A stretch of 22,926 nt of DNA, taken from assembly GCA_008632985.1 (NCBI GenBank), contig QPGO01000007.1, positions 868,001-890,926 on the forward strand. The letters are read 5' to 3'. Both the position numbers and the translations under genes were made by a program. Source of the stretch: Psammoneis japonica (lineage: Eukaryota). Positions 19,410 through 22,926 of this stretch are shown piece by piece; the first letter of the stretch is position 1; each line of letters begins with the position of its first letter. The notes under the pieces were generated by a model. The model did no database searches. It was not told the DNA's origin and saw nothing but the letters and a program-made list of their open reading frames with translations.

Positions 19410-19888
19410 TTAAAACTCGGAATCAGGATCGCTGCCAACATGCTCCTCTACGACATCGTCTTGTACACTTTCCTCCACGACTTTGTGTATGTTGCTTGCA
19501 AGTAACGCCGACAATTCTTCTTGTTCCGCCGCACTATGTATCGTATAAAGTGTTATCCATGTAATCAAGAGCCACGCAAAGGCTTGTACGAGACCCACAA
19601 ATCGCAAATTGCCTTCTGGATAATTGATATCCAGATCCACCACGCCCAAGTACGTTTGACAATACAAAATGGGAACAAACATGATTATATTCATGGCAAA
19701 CACAATCCCAACAAAGCCTTTTTGTTTCAAGTAACCCAGGTACAATCCGTACAGACATCCAAGCACGAGACGCATCGATTGAACACTTTTGGTAATTCGG
19801 GAAAGGTTGAAGCGGTGGGATTGGTGTTCCATTTACCAATCTTGCTCCATAGTGACTGAGGTGTTGCTGTAGTTGTTGCTGTTGACAT
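19410..19888 (-). CDS. Rab5-interacting protein family (RAB5IF/EMC6-like) small membrane protein with an apparent 1-nt frameshift near 19776-19790
   Basis: Frame A from ATG 19888 gives MSTATTTATPQSLWSKIGKW...FPELPKVFN. Frame B continues MRLVLGCLYGLYLG...KGFVG...LYCQTYLG.D...Y......GLVQAFAWLLITWITLYT. Together they match the RAB5IF pattern (LWSK...EF.DV.YW.RQ...V.LG..WG...L.GF.G...GF..SFA.F...WI..YT). Confidence 0.8.
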
Positions 19889-20465
19889 GATGAATCTGTT
19901 GAGAGGGATCGAAGAAGCGAGTGGCATATAAGCGTGTGTAAGAAAGAGCCACTAGCAACCGATCCTTTCAAATCCATATTTTAACGATTGTACTCACAGT
20001 ATTCTGTATGGAAACACGAGGAATGACAGTACCGGTAATGGATCTTAAAATGCCGCTGCATCAGGTGTCGTCATGGCCGATGATGTGTGTGATTCGCGAT
20101 CGATTGATTTTTTCGGTTACTTTGTGCTCGACTGTCCTTCCGTGCGTCGGCAGTGTGCGATTTCCGTTGAATATTCGAATAAGTAAATAGAGTAAAGTAA
20201 ATGTTTCTTTCGAATATTAATATTAAAGATTGAATACTTTTATAACCGTCATGTGAAATCTGTGCAAAACGCCCCTCACATTTTTCCGAAATCGCACCTG
20301 TTTCCAAATTCCCTCGGCTCACACACATATCATCTCGGCACAATCCCGAGGATTCGAGACATTGATCGGTAAGAACGAGCGAGCACAATGATATTCATCA
20401 AACCGGCGTCGTTGATACCTCACAATTTGTCGTTTCTCGTTTGCTCTCAGAATAATCCGGTAACA

Positions 20466-21483
20466 ATGAATCCGTATGCTCCCGCCAACCGAAGCAAATT
20501 CAGCTCAAGTGAGAATTTTGCACTAGTTTCTCCTGTAGAGGCTGTTGCAGACTATCTGGATATGCCTACGACCAATACGATAGTAGACATGAAGACGTTT
20601 GAAACCATTGATTTGGGACTGGGCGATCTCTCAGTCTTTGCCTTGCCAAAAGAACACCAGCTGGTCCCTCTTACTGGATTGTTCCATTGCTCGGTCGTTC
20701 GAGACGGAATGAAGGTAACTCTTTCGTATCAATCCAAGCTAGGGAAGGAATCAGCTGTCTTGATTGCATACAAGCAAAGCAAGCTCAATTCCAAGTACCA
20801 CATTTTCAACGTCTCCGAGGACGGCAATACATACCGCAAGCACCAAAAGGCAGACACTGAGTATGTTGGCAAATTTCGTCGCAACAAGACATGTCCCGAT
20901 GCCCACTCGTACTCGCTCTACTACGTCAAGGATATGAGCGAAACCCATGTGGGAGAGTTTTTGGTGGAGACTCCTACGATTGGAACTATTTTCAAGGAAC
21001 GCGGAGCTCCACCTCGATCCATGCAAGTTGCGGTGCACTCGGACGCGGACGAACTCGAGTGTGGCTCTTATGAGAATGCCCTAGCCGAGTCTGTCAAGGC
21101 GAGTCTCCTTGCGTCGGGTCGACTGGATGGAGTGGCTGCTTCGCATTTGGGACTGCACGTTGTCAAGTCCAAGCCACCCTTTCATCAAGAGACTGGGCGC
21201 TTGGTGTTGGATTTCAAGGGGCGAGGACAAGAAACGTCAATAAAAAATATGCAGCTTGTGGGACGCGATGGAAATATTTTGGCGCAGTTTGCCAAGGTGG
21301 AAAAGGATCGTTTCAATCTGGACTTTGCGTGAGTTCTTTGTAGTTGAGGATGATGTGTATTCTTCGTATTTTTGTGTACCTGCTTTCTGATTCCACTCTG
21401 TTTGATGCCGTTCTTGTAGTGCTCCATTCAACGCGTTTCAGGCCTTTGGTTTCGCCTTGGCTCAACTCGACAAGAAGAACTAG
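20466..21483 (+). CDS. Tubby C-terminal domain protein: join(20466..21328,21420..21483)
   Basis: KPPFHQETGRLVLDFKGRGQETSIKNMQL..QFAKVEKDRFNLDFA, then GT-AG intron 21329-21419, then APFNAFQAFGFALAQLD, which is the Tubby terminal helix. A candidate 5'UTR intron (GTAAG 20369 to CTCAG 20450) contains the track's ATG 20388, favouring ATG 20466. Confidence 0.88.
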
Positions 21484-21714
21484 TAGAGTTGGACTTGTTG
21501 AGTCTCGCGACGCCCAGAGGCGAGATGGGGAAGGTGGTTCCTCCCATTGTTGGATTATGACATTCTAAAATAAACAAGATTACAAGACTTTTTCAATGGG
21601 CAATCCTTGCTACTCTGTATGAATAACATTTCTCAAATGCTTTCCTTTTTCAAATACAAAATTTCCTGAGTTTCGAAAGAACAAACGTCCATGGCTAACG
21701 CCAGAATTGATGAT

Positions 21715-22703
21715 TTAACCCATCCATTCCGTGGAGCGGAATCCCATGCCGGGGTACTTGGCAGAGGAACCAAGCTCTTCTTCAATACGCAAGAGCTGGT
21801 TGTACTTGGCAAGACGCTCACCACGGCAAGGAGCACCCGTCTTGATCTGTCCGGTACAGAGACCAACGGCAAGGTCGGCAATGTAAGAGTCCTCGGTTTC
21901 TCCACTGCGGTGGGAAGTCATGACACCCCATCCGTTCTGCTTGGAAAGCTTGACGGCATCGATACTCTCGGAGATGCTTCCAATCTGGTTCACCTTGAGA
22001 AGGAGGCAGTTGGCAGACTTCTTCTCGACGGCTTCCTGAATCTTGATGGGGTTCGTGACGGTGAGATCGTCTCCAACAATCTGAACCTTCTCTCCAACTT
22101 CAGCGCAGATCTTGGTCCAGTTGTCCCAATCATCCTGGTCAAAGGGATCCTCAATCGTGACAATGGGGTACTTGCCAATCATATCCTTGTAGAATTGAAT
22201 AAGCTCGTCTCCCGTCAAGAGAAGCGACGAGTCCTTGTCGGCTCCCGATGTCTTGAAATCCAAATCATACTCGTTCTTACCCTCCACCTTGAACTCGGAC
22301 GATGCCACATCAAGACCAATCGATACCTTGTCGAGGTATCCTGCCTTTTCGGTGGCTTCCATAATCATTTGAATACCCGACTCCACGTCACAGGGAGGAG
22401 CGAATCCACCCTCGTCTCCGATAAGAGTAGCATCACCACCAAACTTGCCCTTGATGACCGACTTGAGGTTGTGAAAGACCTCGCAACCGATTTCCATCGA
22501 CTCGGTAAACGTCTCGGCACCCGTGGGAATGACAAAGAATTCCTGAAAGGCAAGCTTGTTACCCGCGTGCTCTCCTCCGTTAATCACGTTAAAGCAGGGA
22601 ACGGGAAGAGTTTCAGGAACCGGGTTGCCGGCAATGTCGGCGTAGTGCTTCCAGAGTGGAACACCCTTGGATGCGGCACCGGCCTTACTGGCAGCAAGAG
22701 ACA
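21715..22703 (-). CDS. ENO: Enolase, last exon (5' part lies beyond the window)
   Basis: [102 protein letters not shown]. Acceptor ...CATACAG at 22704-22705. The 5' extension of the track ORF is intronic. Confidence 0.97.
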
Positions 22704-22867
22704 CTGTATGGAAGAAACGTGTGAAAAGACGAGAACATATGGTGAGAAACAAATCCGAAACAAACACATACGTCTCACTATAAGTCAACAAGAACTCAGC
22801 CAACAACCATACTAACAGCTTTGTGCTGCTGTGTACACATCAAACTCCCACTCAAGCACACATCAAC

Positions 22868-22911
22868 ACACACAACTCCACTACACACAACTCCACTACA
22901 CACAACTCCAC
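22868..22911. repeat. 15-bp tandem repeat (ACACACAACTCCACT x about 3) in the enolase intron
   Basis: Units at 22868-22882, 22883-22897 and 22898-22911. Confidence 0.9.
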
Positions 22912-22926
22912 CAATATGTCTTCTTA

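Noticed and set aside
21691..22815. 374-aa plus-strand ORF (also 2784-3488 opposite PK)
   Set aside because: Antisense shadow of a highly codon-biased gene.
22868..22911. Tandem repeat as CRISPR or telomere
   Set aside because: No spacers, eukaryotic intron context and not a telomeric unit.
1..22926. tRNA, rRNA or prokaryotic operon/defence system
   Set aside because: No cloverleaf or rRNA-like sequence was recognised; the spliceosomal introns show the DNA is eukaryotic.

Overview
This is eukaryotic genomic DNA with short GT-AG introns. Its gene families (type II membrane LRR proteins, HA-repeat protein, RNI-like LRR) point to a diatom, probably pennate; this is inference. Recognisable genes are a 4-exon pyruvate kinase, an HA-repeat protein, two tandem membrane-anchored LRR proteins, an orphan CDS, ORMDL, a Rab5ip/EMC6-family gene with an apparent 1-nt frameshift, a 2-exon Tubby-domain gene and the 3' exon of enolase. 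The standout is the left 2.5 kb, which is almost free of the dinucleotide TpA: 9 by hand count in 1-2515, versus 23 in the next 245 nt, with a sharp edge near 2515. This block holds an ORF missed by the ORF track that resembles a retrotransposon ORF1, plus a neighbouring LRR gene with no Tyr codons and a nonsense codon. The pattern suggests a locus-targeted TpA->TpG/CpA hypermutation process ('reverse RIP') acting on a mobile element and spreading into a host gene. A 130-bp tandem duplicate at 6.9 kb shows the same TA/TG differences.
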